Under the pieces are notes generated by a model. It was given only the letters and a program-made list of their open reading frames with translations. It ran no database searches and was not told the DNA's origin. Positions 28,853-39,159 of a stretch of DNA of 64,000 bases are shown piece after piece (positions within the stretch are counted from its first letter, which is position 1; each line of letters opens with the position of its first letter). Source of the DNA: a virus; the IMG/VR virus record IMGVR_UViG_3300045988_079610; one strand, 5' to 3'. A program made the position numbers and the translations under genes.

Positions 28853-31126
28853 TTACATTTCTTCATTATCAAATAAATTGTTATATAAACCAAAGTTCTT
28901 CTTTAAAAGAGCTTTTCCACTAAGAGTTTTATTATCCTTATTACTTTTTTGATTAGGACTAATGCTAAGTTTAATAGGATTTATAATCTTATAAGCTTCT
29001 TCATAATAATATTTATAATCTATATTACGAAAAGCAATGTCTTTATCATCAAGTTTATTAAGGATAATTACAGGTTTTCCACTAGCTAGAACACTACGTT
29101 TTTTATCATGAACATTCTCTTTCATTATAACAACTCCTTTAGTAGAAACATAAAAACGAACATGACGTTGACTATGAACATCAATTACTTTTCCATTTTC
29201 TACTTTTTGATAAACAACTTCAAATTGTTTACCTACATTTTGAGTCTTACAAAAATCAAGAATATCTTTATGATTACGAAGTGTTTCCATAACTGGAACA
29301 CCATGTGCAAAATATTCAAATACAGCTTTAGCAACTACAGGCATATCATAACCTTTTTTCAAATCTTTAAGATATTGATGAGGGTCAAGACTACCTTTAT
29401 ATTCAATCTTATCATTACTTTGAATATTAAAATAATTATTAATATCTCTAGTAACAAAAAGTTTATATTGTTCTGAATCTGCACCTAATTTATTTTGAGC
29501 ACACCAATCATCAGTTATACGTTTGAAATCTTCTTCTTTATTTTTAGGAAGCTTTACAATAATACCATCAGTATTAGCACTAACAACATGAATACCATCA
29601 AGTTCTAGAGCTTCTACTACCATCATTACCATTAGCTGTCCGTTGATTGTTACTTGCATCTGCGCAAATCTATCAAATAAAAAGAACATCTCAAAGCCAA
29701 ACTTTCCATAAATTGCATTAATAACAATCTTTAAAGCTTCAGCCGCTAGTTTATTATGAACTCCTGTTATTATAAGACCATCTTCATCTTTTGTATGTTT
29801 ACATTTAATACGAGTTAGACGAAAATAATCAACCATTTTAACAAATACATTATTATTTAGATGTTTAGGAGAAATATTATATGCAACCATAACACTAGGA
29901 TAAAATGAATTTATATCAAAATGTATATAAGTATAATCGTCTGTACTTGTTAATACAGCAGGTCTATCTTGTGAATGTAAACCTCCAGTAGCAATAGTAT
30001 AAACAGTACCATAAAAATTTATTACTTTTTCAAAAGCATCTTTATTAGTTCTATAAATAACAACTTTCTTCATATCTTCAAGAACTTTTTGAAGTTCAAG
30101 AGTTTTAAAACATATATGAGGAAATATTATCTTATTAAAACTAAGAGCAGTTCTTTGAGTACGTAGATTTTTAAAAGCATCTATTTGTAAACCACTACGT
30201 TCAGAATAAAACTTATAAAGAAGTTTATCGGCAATGGTACTTCTAGCAGCACATAAAAGATTAAGATTAAATGCAGCACCTAAAGAATATCTAAGTTTAA
30301 TCTCATCAGGCTTTTGTCTAGCAATTTCACAAACTAAATATACATCATTCTTATTATAATGAAGCATAGGTTCAACATATTTAGGAAGAATATATCTATC
30401 AAAATCATTAGTAATCAAATGATTAAGTTGTTCATTAGTCATACCACGATATTCATTTCTTTTCCTATATATATCTCCTTCTTCATCATCTATAGGAGGT
30501 AATGTAAAATCTAGAAGATTATGCCATTTAAGATTAATACTAACTTGTTTAAGAGATTTACCAAACTTTATTCTTTCACCAGTATTTTTATCAACATTAA
30601 CACCAGCAGAATTAAGAGCATAAATTTTAAACAAATCAACAGTCGCCCAAGGAAGTCTATATTTACGAATCAAATCAAGTTCTCTATCTTTCCATAAAGC
30701 ATCTTTATCATCTTGAAGACTAAGAAGTTTATCATTAATTTCTTTAAGTTTATGACAAAGTTCTTTAGTGGTATCAAAACGATTAAAATACATCATGAAA
30801 GTTTTAAACATCATATCATCATAACCTTGATTATTATATCCAAATACATCATATCTAACAGGATTTCCATCTTCATCAAAATAAGCTTCCATACTATTAA
30901 TATAAGAAACAAGTTTTAGAAGTTGAGAATCATCAGTATCACTAATATAAAATATTTTAGATTTAACAGATTCAAGTCTAGACTCTATTTCAGCAACACT
31001 TAAACATTCAGTAAGTGCCATACCTTCACAATCTTTGAACACTTTAAGATAATCTTGAACATCAACAAAAGTTGCACTAAAAAGATTTTCAAAACATTCA
31101 ATATCTGTGGCAATACTACGTATCAT
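28853..31126 (-). CDS. family B DNA polymerase
   Basis: Exo I TDIECF, motif A DINSFYPSV, motif B KIVINAIYGKFG, motif C SANTDGIIV. Confidence 0.9.
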   Translation of the reverse strand: MIRSIATDIECFENLFSATFVDVQDYLKVFKDCEGMALTECLSVAEIESRLESVKSKIFYISDTDDSQLLKLVSYINSMEAYFDEDGNPVRYDVFGYNNQGYDDMMFKTFMMYFNRFDTTKELCHKLKEINDKLLSLQDDKDALWKDRELDLIRKYRLPWATVDLFKIYALNSAGVNVDKNTGERIKFGKSLKQVSINLKWHNLLDFTLPPIDDEEGDIYRKRNEYRGMTNEQLNHLITNDFDRYILPKYVEPMLHYNKNDVYLVCEIARQKPDEIKLRYSLGAAFNLNLLCAARSTIADKLLYKFYSERSGLQIDAFKNLRTQRTALSFNKIIFPHICFKTLELQKVLEDMKKVVIYRTNKDAFEKVINFYGTVYTIATGGLHSQDRPAVLTSTDDYTYIHFDINSFYPSVMVAYNISPKHLNNNVFVKMVDYFRLTRIKCKHTKDEDGLIITGVHNKLAAEALKIVINAIYGKFGFEMFFLFDRFAQMQVTINGQLMVMMVVEALELDGIHVVSANTDGIIVKLPKNKEEDFKRITDDWCAQNKLGADSEQYKLFVTRDINNYFNIQSNDKIEYKGSLDPHQYLKDLKKGYDMPVVAKAVFEYFAHGVPVMETLRNHKDILDFCKTQNVGKQFEVVYQKVENGKVIDVHSQRHVRFYVSTKGVVIMKENVHDKKRSVLASGKPVIILNKLDDKDIAFRNIDYKYYYEEAYKIINPIKLSISPNQKSNKDNKTLSGKALLKKNFGLYNNLFDNEEM

Positions 31127-31686
31127 ATAATATTAATTTCATATCCATTATAATTATTATCTTTACTAGCATTATACCATTTAATTAGATGATTACAAAA
31201 TTCTTTATATTTATTATCATCTATGTATTTAATAAAAGGAGAATAACTAACACAATATCCTCTAATATTACCATTATCCTTAGTAATGTATAGTTTATCA
31301 GTTTTATTACTTATATCTGTTATAGATAAAAATAGTTTAGCTGCATCACCAAGTAATAATATTTTTACAGCATGAGTATTAACAATATCTCTAATTGTAT
31401 GTACAATACATCTATTAATAATATTATTATTTAGAGGACATTTATCAGTCAATTTACATCTAATAAGTGGAACTATAAAATAATCATTTAACCCCCCCGT
31501 AGAAGGACTTAATGCTTCATTTATTATTTCCACATATTTACTAAACGTCATTCCTTTATTCTTATAAGCATCATAATCAACATTAGGTACAACTATTATT
31601 TTACCATAAAGAGGATTACCAACACCTTTAAGACAATGACATTTATCATTAAATAGTCTTAGAGGACAATCTTTACATACATTCAT
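31123..31686 (-). CDS. uracil-DNA glycosylase-like protein (family 4-like, divergent)
   Basis: N-terminal CKDCPL...GVGNPLYGKIIVVPN resembles family 4 UDG, but the GEAPG motif is not conserved. Confidence 0.5.
   Translation of the reverse strand: MNVCKDCPLRLFNDKCHCLKGVGNPLYGKIIVVPNVDYDAYKNKGMTFSKYVEIINEALSPSTGGLNDYFIVPLIRCKLTDKCPLNNNIINRCIVHTIRDIVNTHAVKILLLGDAAKLFLSITDISNKTDKLYITKDNGNIRGYCVSYSPFIKYIDDNKYKEFCNHLIKWYNASKDNNYNGYEINII
31488..31510 (-). repeat. GC-motif copy 9 (coding)
   Basis: + strand TTAACCCCCCCGTAGAAGGACTT, read as S-P-S-T-G-G-L. Confidence 0.8.
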
Positions 31687-32041
31687 CTACAATTTTATAA
31701 CTATTTTCAAGTTTAAAATCATTATGATAACTGATAAGGCATAAATTTACTTCTCTAACACCAAAATTACCATCAAGTTTTCTTTTATTAGCTATAACAT
31801 AAGCTGTACCATCAATATTAGCTTTAAATTTAATAACTTTATAAAAACTTGTTTTGGTTTGACTACCATATATTTGACTATTTATTGTAATAGACCGTTT
31901 TATAATAGTTCCTATTTTAATAGGAATAGACTTTACAAGTTCTTCATAAAACTTATCATCTTGAACTTTAAGTTTATCATAAAAATCTTTCGTAAGTTTA
32001 TTTCTATCTTCAATATATTTTCTAATAGTTTCTTTATCCAT
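31673..32041 (-). CDS. hypothetical protein
   Basis: 122-aa ORF. The AT-rich leader element ends 4 nt before the ATG. Confidence 0.65.
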   Translation of the reverse strand: MDKETIRKYIEDRNKLTKDFYDKLKVQDDKFYEELVKSIPIKIGTIIKRSITINSQIYGSQTKTSFYKVIKFKANIDGTAYVIANKRKLDGNFGVREVNLCLISYHNDFKLENSYKIVDECM

Positions 32042-32045
32042 AGTG

Positions 32046-32065
32046 TTATTTAATATTTTAATTTT
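32046..32065 (-). repeat. AT-rich leader element copy b
   Basis: + strand TTATTTAATATTTTAATTTT. Confidence 0.6.
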
Positions 32066-32130
32066 GTTTATACAGAGAGTTATAATGTATGTTGATTAAT
32101 TAATTATGCTTATATAATAAATTCAACATA

Positions 32131-32164
32131 CAAAACGCAAATTGGCAAATAGGCAAATTGCCAA
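32131..32164 (-). terminator. intrinsic terminator after SF1 helicase
   Basis: Minus sense TTGGCAA-TTTGCCTAT-TTGCCAA followed by TTTGCGTTTTG. Confidence 0.6.
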
Positions 32165-32174
32165 TCAACATATA

Positions 32175-33644
32175 TCAAACTCCATACCTAATAAATAATT
32201 TATTCTTACATCTACTACAAGCAACATAAAGTCGTTTATTAGTTTCTACAGCATTAGTATAAGCATCACCATATCTGTCATATACAATATCATTAACGTC
32301 AACCATTACTGTATCATAAGTAGAACCTTGACTTTTATGAGCACTAATACTAAAACCATAATCCAAATCTCTAGTAAATGCAATACTTCCGTCTTTATTT
32401 CCAATATTAATTAGAAGAAGACAACCATTTTTAAATTTATAATATTCTTTCCATTTAGAAGCTCTAGTACTAGAACTAGCACTTTTAGCATTATTAATTA
32501 AATTGTTACTAATTTTGCAATAATATTGTAAACTAAAATTATCAGTATGGTCAAGAATAAATAATGGACTAGTAATATGTCCACCATGTATAGCTTGAAA
32601 TTTAACCATAAATCCTTTTATTTTATAAACAGGATGTACATAATTCACAATATCATAAACAATATAATCTTCACTATTTCTAATAATAGCATCATTAAAA
32701 TCATCTACTAATGTAACATAAGAAGTAAACAAATCATTCTTAGTTATAGGAGATTTATCTGCATCTTTAATGATACTATTTCTTACAAACTTATTCCAAT
32801 TACCAACAGCTCTATTAGTATAAGCTACTATTCTAACAAAGTCTGTATTAGTAGTTATTTGTTCATCATTAAATTGTTTATCTACTTCTTCTTCAAAATC
32901 TTTACAACCTAAAACTTTATATCCTTTAGTATAATTACTATCAAAAGCTTCTCTATGATTAGTAATATAATTAAGAAAATTATAAGTTTTATGTTCTATA
33001 TCATCTCGAAGCATACTAAGAAGAGGACGAATAGGATTGTCTTCATCTTGACGAACAATTTGATTAAGTCTATAAGATTTAACTCCAGCAAAAGCTTCAG
33101 AACGAAATTCATTTATAGGTGAAAGTTGATGGTCATCCCCACACAAAAGCAGCTTACAATGATTTTCTTTTAATATTCTTTCTATAAATCGAAGAAGACC
33201 TTTATTTATCATAGAAGCTTCATCTATTATATAAAGATTATAATTTTCAACTTTAACACTACCTTTTGGGTCAAATGGAGGATTATTAATATCAAACTTT
33301 TCTATATCAAAATTAAGTCTTAAACCAAAATCTGATTGAACAGTATTAACATTATTAGTAACTCCAATTAGATTTTCACGAAGAACTCTACAAGCTTTAT
33401 GACTTGGAGCAGATAAACCAATAGTGGAATAAGCATACTTACAATTCTTAATTATAGCTTTAAGAATATAAGTCTTTCCAGTCCCAGCCTGACCGATTAA
33501 AGCTCTTTTAAAATCATTTTCATTATAATCTGCATTTATAAATTCTATAAGTCCTGTATAAGCTTTCTTTTGGTCATCAGTTAGATTACCAATATTAGCT
33601 GGATTTTTACCATTAGCAAGACTTAAAGTACTATCTATATTCAT
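32175..33644 (-). CDS. SF1 DNA helicase (RecD/Pif1-like)
   Basis: Walker A GQAGTGKTY, Walker B YIIDEASMI, SAHKSQGSTYD, LYVACSRCK. Confidence 0.85.
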   Translation of the reverse strand: MNIDSTLSLANGKNPANIGNLTDDQKKAYTGLIEFINADYNENDFKRALIGQAGTGKTYILKAIIKNCKYAYSTIGLSAPSHKACRVLRENLIGVTNNVNTVQSDFGLRLNFDIEKFDINNPPFDPKGSVKVENYNLYIIDEASMINKGLLRFIERILKENHCKLLLCGDDHQLSPINEFRSEAFAGVKSYRLNQIVRQDEDNPIRPLLSMLRDDIEHKTYNFLNYITNHREAFDSNYTKGYKVLGCKDFEEEVDKQFNDEQITTNTDFVRIVAYTNRAVGNWNKFVRNSIIKDADKSPITKNDLFTSYVTLVDDFNDAIIRNSEDYIVYDIVNYVHPVYKIKGFMVKFQAIHGGHITSPLFILDHTDNFSLQYYCKISNNLINNAKSASSSTRASKWKEYYKFKNGCLLLINIGNKDGSIAFTRDLDYGFSISAHKSQGSTYDTVMVDVNDIVYDRYGDAYTNAVETNKRLYVACSRCKNKLFIRYGV

Positions 33645-34180
33645 TTCTTTCCATCTTTATTAGCTTTAAACCATTCAAATTCATCATCATCTAGAAGTCC
33701 TTTATATCTATAATCATATCCGTTTATAGTAACAAGATTTCTAAATTTAAATTGAAGAACATTATTGATTTTAACAATCCATCCTCTAACTATCCAATTA
33801 GGAGCAAAAGGAACATATTTATCAGGATTATAATTACCAAATACTATTTGACTTTCAGTTCTAACAAGACTTAAATATCCATATTTAGTTTTATCTCTAG
33901 TAAATATAGTTCTAAATCGTCTAATATCATAAGATTCTTCAGTAAAAGGAATATTAAGAGATTTAGCAATATCGGTAATTTCAATTATATCTGTATTTCC
34001 AAACAGACGTTCATTAAAATCATAATATTGAACAAAACAATAATATTTTCCATCTATAAGAACAACTTTACCATTAACTAACTTAGTAAGTTTCTTAGGA
34101 GGAATTTCTTTAGGCTCAACTCTTTTAGTAGGTTTAACTACTTTAAGTTTAAGTTTTACATTACTAAGATTTACTCTCAT
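33641..34180 (-). CDS. hypothetical protein
   Basis: 179-aa ORF, ATGA overlap. Confidence 0.65.
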   Translation of the reverse strand: MRVNLSNVKLKLKVVKPTKRVEPKEIPPKKLTKLVNGKVVLIDGKYYCFVQYYDFNERLFGNTDIIEITDIAKSLNIPFTEESYDIRRFRTIFTRDKTKYGYLSLVRTESQIVFGNYNPDKYVPFAPNWIVRGWIVKINNVLQFKFRNLVTINGYDYRYKGLLDDDEFEWFKANKDGKK

Positions 34181-34446
34181 TTCTTCTTATTAGTTAGTTT
34201 ATGTTCTTTACGAATCTTTTTAGCTTCTCTTGCAGAAGTATTAGCTTCATCAAATTTTAAATTAGAAGCTTTAACACCATGTTCATAAGTAGCAACATAA
34301 CCACAATATTTTGTTAGAAAATCAATCTTACCCCAAGTATGAATACCTACAGCAGATTTATCACCAATAATAATGTGATTACCATTAATACGAGCAATAC
34401 GTGAAACACTTCTTAAATCCTTTCTTTCGTCATGTTTTTTAGCCAT
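34177..34446 (-). CDS. hypothetical basic protein
   Basis: 89-aa ORF, Lys-rich termini. Confidence 0.6.
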   Translation of the reverse strand: MAKKHDERKDLRSVSRIARINGNHIIIGDKSAVGIHTWGKIDFLTKYCGYVATYEHGVKASNLKFDEANTSAREAKKIRKEHKLTNKKK

Positions 34447-34574
34447 TTTACAAAAAGTTTAATTGTTAATAATATTAATTACATCATCAATAAGATGAAT
34501 ATTAGTAGTTTGACTCGGTTTCGCACCATAAGCCGTAGTATAAGCTACACTTAGTCAAACTTAAAGTGACATTA

Positions 34575-34598
34575 TTAAGCTCCCCCGTAGAGGAACTT
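34575..34598 (-). repeat. GC-motif copy 10 (forms the ORF C-terminus and stop)
   Basis: + strand TTAAGCTCCCCCGTAGAGGAACTT, read as K-F-L-Y-G-G-A-stop. Confidence 0.8.
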
Positions 34599-34916
34599 AA
34601 CAATGTCAACATTTTCTTCTTCTATTTTCTTACAAGCATTAAGAATAACATCAATACCTTTATGTCTAACTTTAATTATATCCATAATTACAGTAATCAT
34701 ATCATGTTGACTTAATCTCATAAGATGATAAATTGTTTTAAAACCTTTACGAGTATTAAGAGGAAAGTTATAAGGAATAATATAACCTCTACGATGTGGA
34801 GGATATTTATAATTAGCTTTAGAAATATAATTTCCACAACTTATAACTTCTCCTCCAAACTCAGGTTTAGCACAATGTTTTAAATCATAATTATAAGCAC
34901 AAGTACTACATAACAT
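34575..34916 (-). CDS. hypothetical Cys-rich protein
   Basis: 113-aa ORF with CSTCAY...C...C at the N-terminus. Confidence 0.6.
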   Translation of the reverse strand: MLCSTCAYNYDLKHCAKPEFGGEVISCGNYISKANYKYPPHRRGYIIPYNFPLNTRKGFKTIYHLMRLSQHDMITVIMDIIKVRHKGIDVILNACKKIEEENVDIVKFLYGGA

Positions 34917-34922
34917 AATATT

Positions 34923-35126
34923 TTATTCTTTATTATTTGTAACATCTATTTTATGGATAACTATATCTTTATTTAATGTAATTTTAAACAAACTATTACC
35001 TATTACAGACTTAATAATAGTTTCTACAGTTTTATCATCATAAAAACTTTTATTATCATAAACAATAATTACCTTAACATTTATTTCTTTAATATTCTTT
35101 ATCACCCATAATTTATTCATCCACAT
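34923..35126 (-). CDS. hypothetical protein
   Basis: 67-aa ORF. Confidence 0.5.
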   Translation of the reverse strand: MWMNKLWVIKNIKEINVKVIIVYDNKSFYDDKTVETIIKSVIGNSLFKITLNKDIVIHKIDVTNNKE

Positions 35127-35847
35127 CTTTATCTGTACCTAATAAACTTTCATTACCTTTATAAGGAATACAATATTTCCAAGCCATACTTGTAGTTACA
35201 TATCTTTTATATTCATTTATATAACTAAAAAAAGCTGCTCTCCAAGCTTCATTACGATTATCTCTTACAAGCACTTTTTCAAAAGGCTTGAATTGATATT
35301 TAGTTTTTCCATCTTTAAACTCTAGTTGAGTTTTCTCAATCTTTAAAGTTTTAAGATTAAGTTTACCACCAAGCTTGTTCTCAATCATTCTAATATATGT
35401 TTGAACATCAGTATCATCTGTTTCAAGAGTGAAGTGTTCTGTCATAAAACTATCGAATCTTCTTTCATAATTATATTCGTTTCTAAAATCTTTCTCATAA
35501 CAATGCTTACCTGCAAAAATTGTATATGTGTCATCAGTAAACTTATCGAAAATAAGATGTATATTCTTATCTCTACTAACCAGAACATCGCCTCTCTTCC
35601 AAGCAAATTTATTCCAATCACGCATTTTCTTTGAAGGAACTAAGATAGGTTCTCCCTCTTTAGTATAGCTTCCATCACTATAAAAACTATAATAATTAAA
35701 TGTTTTATTTTTAGTATAAATACTATTAACTTCATTAACTTTAACACATTCAAGACTAAGTTCTCCAAAAGCATTAGCATAAAGCTTAGTACCACTTGGC
35801 TTATCTTTCAGTATATTTGCTATATTTAATTCTTCTTCCATAATCAT
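35113..35847 (-). CDS. hypothetical protein
   Basis: 244-aa ORF. Confidence 0.7.
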   Translation of the reverse strand: MIMEEELNIANILKDKPSGTKLYANAFGELSLECVKVNEVNSIYTKNKTFNYYSFYSDGSYTKEGEPILVPSKKMRDWNKFAWKRGDVLVSRDKNIHLIFDKFTDDTYTIFAGKHCYEKDFRNEYNYERRFDSFMTEHFTLETDDTDVQTYIRMIENKLGGKLNLKTLKIEKTQLEFKDGKTKYQFKPFEKVLVRDNRNEAWRAAFFSYINEYKRYVTTSMAWKYCIPYKGNESLLGTDKDVDE

Positions 35848-35853
35848 ATTGTT

Positions 35854-36342
35854 TTAATCTTTATAAATAGTATCAAGAACATTTCTAAAATTAGGATTAT
35901 CTATAACAGCTTGAGCATCTTTTTCATTTTTAAAGAATATACTGCTATAATTTATTTTAAGTCTATACTCTATAGAATAACCATTTTCATTATTATTGTC
36001 GAACAAGATATAGTATTTACATTCTTCACTATTATTCCAATCAGGTTTCCAACCTTTATTGTAATAATTGGCAATATTAATAAGTTTATCTATAGCACTT
36101 AACTTAGTTACATTATTTATATTGCAAGCGACATCTGTAAGATCTTTTTCAAGATTTAAAGCATCTTCAATATCTTTATAAGTAATGTCACTCTTCTTAA
36201 ATTTAATAATACCTTTAGATAAATCACTACGTTCTACATCTATTGAATATCCTTTAGGACAATCAATATGCAAATCATTTAAAGAATTATCTGTATTAAA
36301 AGTTGGAGTTATAATACTACTATTATCAGAATCTTTATTCAT
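35854..36342 (-). CDS. hypothetical protein; frame stays open and coding-like up to 36570
   Basis: ATG at 36342, but 76 further in-frame codons upstream have typical codon bias and a Cys-rich sequence (CKDDDCYYTCNRCAFNGFNC). They contain no ATG/GTG/TTG. Candidate start ATT-ATA-GCA at 36564-36556. Confidence 0.65.
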   Translation of the reverse strand: MNKDSDNSSIITPTFNTDNSLNDLHIDCPKGYSIDVERSDLSKGIIKFKKSDITYKDIEDALNLEKDLTDVACNINNVTKLSAIDKLINIANYYNKGWKPDWNNSEECKYYILFDNNNENGYSIEYRLKINYSSIFFKNEKDAQAVIDNPNFRNVLDTIYKD

Positions 36343-36575
36343 AGTCTCATTATTTATTTGTACATAATATACTTGAGTATGGTCTGTTCTATGACCAAAG
36401 ATGCAATTACCTCTAATGTCTTTAATAGTATCACAATTAAATCCATTAAAAGCACATCTATTACACGTATAATAACAATCGTCATCTTTACAAACTTTAT
36501 ATTTATTGCCATTATAAGTAAATATAGTACCTATAGGTAAAGTTTTATATTTATTTGCTATAATATTATCTTATT

Positions 36576-36595
36576 TTATTTAATATTTTAATTTT
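36576..36595 (-). repeat. AT-rich leader element copy c
   Basis: + strand TTATTTAATATTTTAATTTT, 11 nt upstream of the ATT-ATA-GCA candidate start. Confidence 0.6.
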
Positions 36596-36687
36596 GAATA
36601 TAAAGCTCTCAAATTATATCAATGAATAATTATCCATAAAAATAATTCAAGAGCCGAGAAACTAACAGAATTTAATGAAAATCGAAA

Positions 36688-36873
36688 TTATGGTTCTACC
36701 ATATCCATCAAACCTGACTTATATTGGTCAACCCAGTAATCAGTTTCTACATAATCAACCATATCTTGATATTCATCATTATCATTATTATAAATATCAG
36801 CTAATACATCATTAGGAAGAACAATTATATCAGGAGGTGAAGGAAGAATAATATTATTATTATTATTATTCAT
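36688..36873 (-). CDS. Asn/Asp-rich small protein
   Basis: 61-aa ORF starting MNNNNNNIILPSPPD. Confidence 0.5.
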   Translation of the reverse strand: MNNNNNNIILPSPPDIIVLPNDVLADIYNNDNDEYQDMVDYVETDYWVDQYKSGLMDMVEP

Positions 36874-36879
36874 ATTATT

Positions 36880-37065
36880 TTATTCTTTATAAGCACCTTT
36901 ACTAACTAAATGAACACTTGCACAATCAATAGTTATACTATCAGCAAAACCATTAATCATACATAAATTTCTAATAGCACAGTCTTTACAACTTGTACCA
37001 CCATCAACAACATCATATAGAACATCATTGATTACTATCTTGTCTATTTTTATCTTCATACGCAA
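36880..37065 (-). CDS. small Cys-containing protein
   Basis: 61-aa ORF with CKDCAIRNLC. Confidence 0.5.
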   Translation of the reverse strand: MRMKIKIDKIVINDVLYDVVDGGTSCKDCAIRNLCMINGFADSITIDCASVHLVSKGAYKE

Positions 37066-37071
37066 TAAAAT

Positions 37072-37105
37072 AAAAAACCTCTACTACTTTCACAAGCAAT
37101 AGAGG
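37072..37105 (-). terminator. intrinsic terminator (GUGA-tetraloop family, T2)
   Basis: Minus sense CCTCTATTGCTT-GTGA-AAGTAGTAGAGG then TTTTTT. Confidence 0.8.
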
Positions 37106-37143
37106 TAAAATTGTTGATAATTTAATTGTTTAATTTAAACCAT

Positions 37144-37572
37144 TTAGAATATTAATTTTACAACAAGAACAATAACAGCTCCAATTATAAGTCCATAACC
37201 AAAACATCTAGTATTAGACTTTACTAATTTATTAATCTTATCTTGAAGTGCAAATGCGTTATCATCATAATGTTGAATAGTATTCAAACTATCATCAAGT
37301 TTCTTAATTGTTTCTTTATAAACTTTATTAAGTTCATTAAAAGAATTATTAAGATTTACATTAGCATCTTCAAGATATTTATTATCTTCTGCAAGAGTTT
37401 TATGTTTCTTTTCAAGACCTTCAATATTTATCTTTAAACATTTAATAAGTTTATTATTCTTACGTTCAATATCATCTTTACGAAGAATAATATTTACTAA
37501 TTCATCAATATTCTTTTTGCTAAGTTTAGTTTTACGAGTTTTCTCAGCTACACTCAATTCTTTTTCTTTCAT
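37144..37572 (-). CDS. coiled-coil protein with C-terminal transmembrane anchor
   Basis: Heptad-like K/E/L/N-rich body and C-terminal GYGLIIGAVIVLVVKLIF. Shared AAGGAG leader. Confidence 0.65.
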   Translation of the reverse strand: MKEKELSVAEKTRKTKLSKKNIDELVNIILRKDDIERKNNKLIKCLKINIEGLEKKHKTLAEDNKYLEDANVNLNNSFNELNKVYKETIKKLDDSLNTIQHYDDNAFALQDKINKLVKSNTRCFGYGLIIGAVIVLVVKLIF

Positions 37573-37598
37573 AATAAGTTCTCCTTAATTATTAATTG

Positions 37599-37739
37599 TT
37601 ATTCAAATTCTATATCACAATCATCGTCGTTATCTTCAACCATGATTTCACCAAATAAATCATAATCATCAATATCATGATTTACACAATAAGCATCTAT
37701 ATTAACAGAAGCTTCATCAATATAATCATTATCTATCAT
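37599..37739 (-). CDS. small acidic protein (46 aa)
   Basis: MIDNDYIDEASVNIDAYCVNHDIDDYDLFGEIMVEDNDDDCDIEFE. Below the track length cutoff. Confidence 0.4.
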   Translation of the reverse strand: MIDNDYIDEASVNIDAYCVNHDIDDYDLFGEIMVEDNDDDCDIEFE

Positions 37740-37886
37740 AACAATATAAAAATTAAATAGGTGGTGTGCATAAGCAAATTAAATACGAATTGTATTAATT
37801 GTATTAACTCTTAAACACTAAAGCGAATACTTAGTTTGACCTCCACCTATTATATTAATTAATCTATTGCAAAGATAAACAATAAT

Positions 37887-37910
37887 ATCTTTCTACGGGC
37901 AGGTTATAGC
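37887..37910 (+). repeat. GC-motif copy 11 (gene boundary, TATAGC tail)
   Basis: ATCTTTCTACGGGCAGGTTATAGC, flanked by the 7-bp direct repeat CAATAAT. Confidence 0.85.
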
Positions 37911-37940
37911 AATAATTTAATGAATAGTAACATCTTGATA

Positions 37941-38375
37941 CTAATTAAGTACAATACGTTTACTATTTTTACCATTGATTATAACCAAAGCACAATTAGC
38001 ACCAAATTGTTTAGCTAATTTATACTTCTCAACTACAGTTTTACTTGTATTTACAAGTTCTCCTTTATAAATAAAGTAATATTTAATAGTTTTATTTCCT
38101 TTACTATTAGTTGTAGGATACTCAATAACTTTAGTTATTTTAGTATTATCAACTCTAAGAGTATCAGAAACATTAGCTGCATTTACATTTAAAACAAAAC
38201 ATAAACACATAATAAAAGTAATAGCAGCACATCTAACTACTTTACCTTTATAACCATACTCTTTAAACTTATCTTTAGCATATTTCTTAGCTTTAAATAA
38301 AGTTTTACAACTGATAAGCATAACACCTGTCATACCATCTTCAGCTCGATTACTACGAAAATAAAATTTACTCAT
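37941..38375 (-). CDS. membrane-anchored hypothetical protein
   Basis: Internal hydrophobic segment AAITFIMCLCFVLNV. Shared AAGGAG leader. Confidence 0.65.
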   Translation of the reverse strand: MSKFYFRSNRAEDGMTGVMLISCKTLFKAKKYAKDKFKEYGYKGKVVRCAAITFIMCLCFVLNVNAANVSDTLRVDNTKITKVIEYPTTNSKGNKTIKYYFIYKGELVNTSKTVVEKYKLAKQFGANCALVIINGKNSKRIVLN

Positions 38376-38429
38376 AATAAGTTCTCCTTATTTTTAATTG
38401 TTATTTGTATGTTAATTAACACGATAATC

Positions 38430-38464
38430 AAAAGAAAGACTACTACTTTCACAAGCAATAGTCT
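38430..38464 (-). terminator. intrinsic terminator (GUGA-tetraloop family, T3)
   Basis: Minus sense AGACTATTGCTT-GTGA-AAGTAGTAGTCT then TTCTTTT. Confidence 0.7.
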
Positions 38465-38525
38465 TATGAATACACTTAAATGGGATATTTGTTTGTCGCT
38501 ACAAACATTTAATTATTTGCATGAT

Positions 38526-38855
38526 TCAATTTATATACTTTATTTCTTGCAGTATCATATTGACTTTATCAATCTTGTCAAACATTTCAGGTTCAAGTTC
38601 CCAAATAGCATCTATCATATTTTCAGTGTTCTTATAATACTCTTTATAAGTATTAATTTCTTCAACACTACGTTCATGACTTGCTTTACTTGCCATCATA
38701 AGGCAAACAAAACCATATATTGCAACACATAAAACAAACACTATATGATTTTTCACTATATCTTCACCACCAAAGATATAAATAATTGTAATAACTAATA
38801 TAGCAATTATACATAAAACACCTTGTGTTAAAAATATATATTCAATCTCTTTCAT
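38526..38855 (-). CDS. two-pass membrane protein
   Basis: Two hydrophobic segments (GVLCIIAILVITIIYIF, FVLCVAIYGFVCLMMA). Confidence 0.6.
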   Translation of the reverse strand: MKEIEYIFLTQGVLCIIAILVITIIYIFGGEDIVKNHIVFVLCVAIYGFVCLMMASKASHERSVEEINTYKEYYKNTENMIDAIWELEPEMFDKIDKVNMILQEIKYIN

Positions 38856-38859
38856 AAGT

Positions 38860-39054
38860 CTAAAATTTATTATTAAATTCTAATGCGTCTTTAACTAAAA
38901 TACCAGCAGTATCAAGACTGTCAATAGCAGCTTCAAGAGCATTTGTAACACTTTGTCTTTTCTCAACATTAAGATTAGCATTATCTAAATATTTATTTAA
39001 AAGACTAATCATAGCTTGAGCTTCATCAAGAAGCAATTTATTATATGTATTCAT
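38860..39054 (-). CDS. hypothetical protein
   Basis: 64-aa ORF. Confidence 0.55.
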   Translation of the reverse strand: MNTYNKLLLDEAQAMISLLNKYLDNANLNVEKRQSVTNALEAAIDSLDTAGILVKDALEFNNKF

Positions 39055-39159
39055 AATCAGTAATATTTAATTGTTATATACTAATAAAACATTTTATGTC
39101 ATAAAGACATTTATAGTCTTATTCAGACAATTTATCGACATGATAAACATCATCAACAT

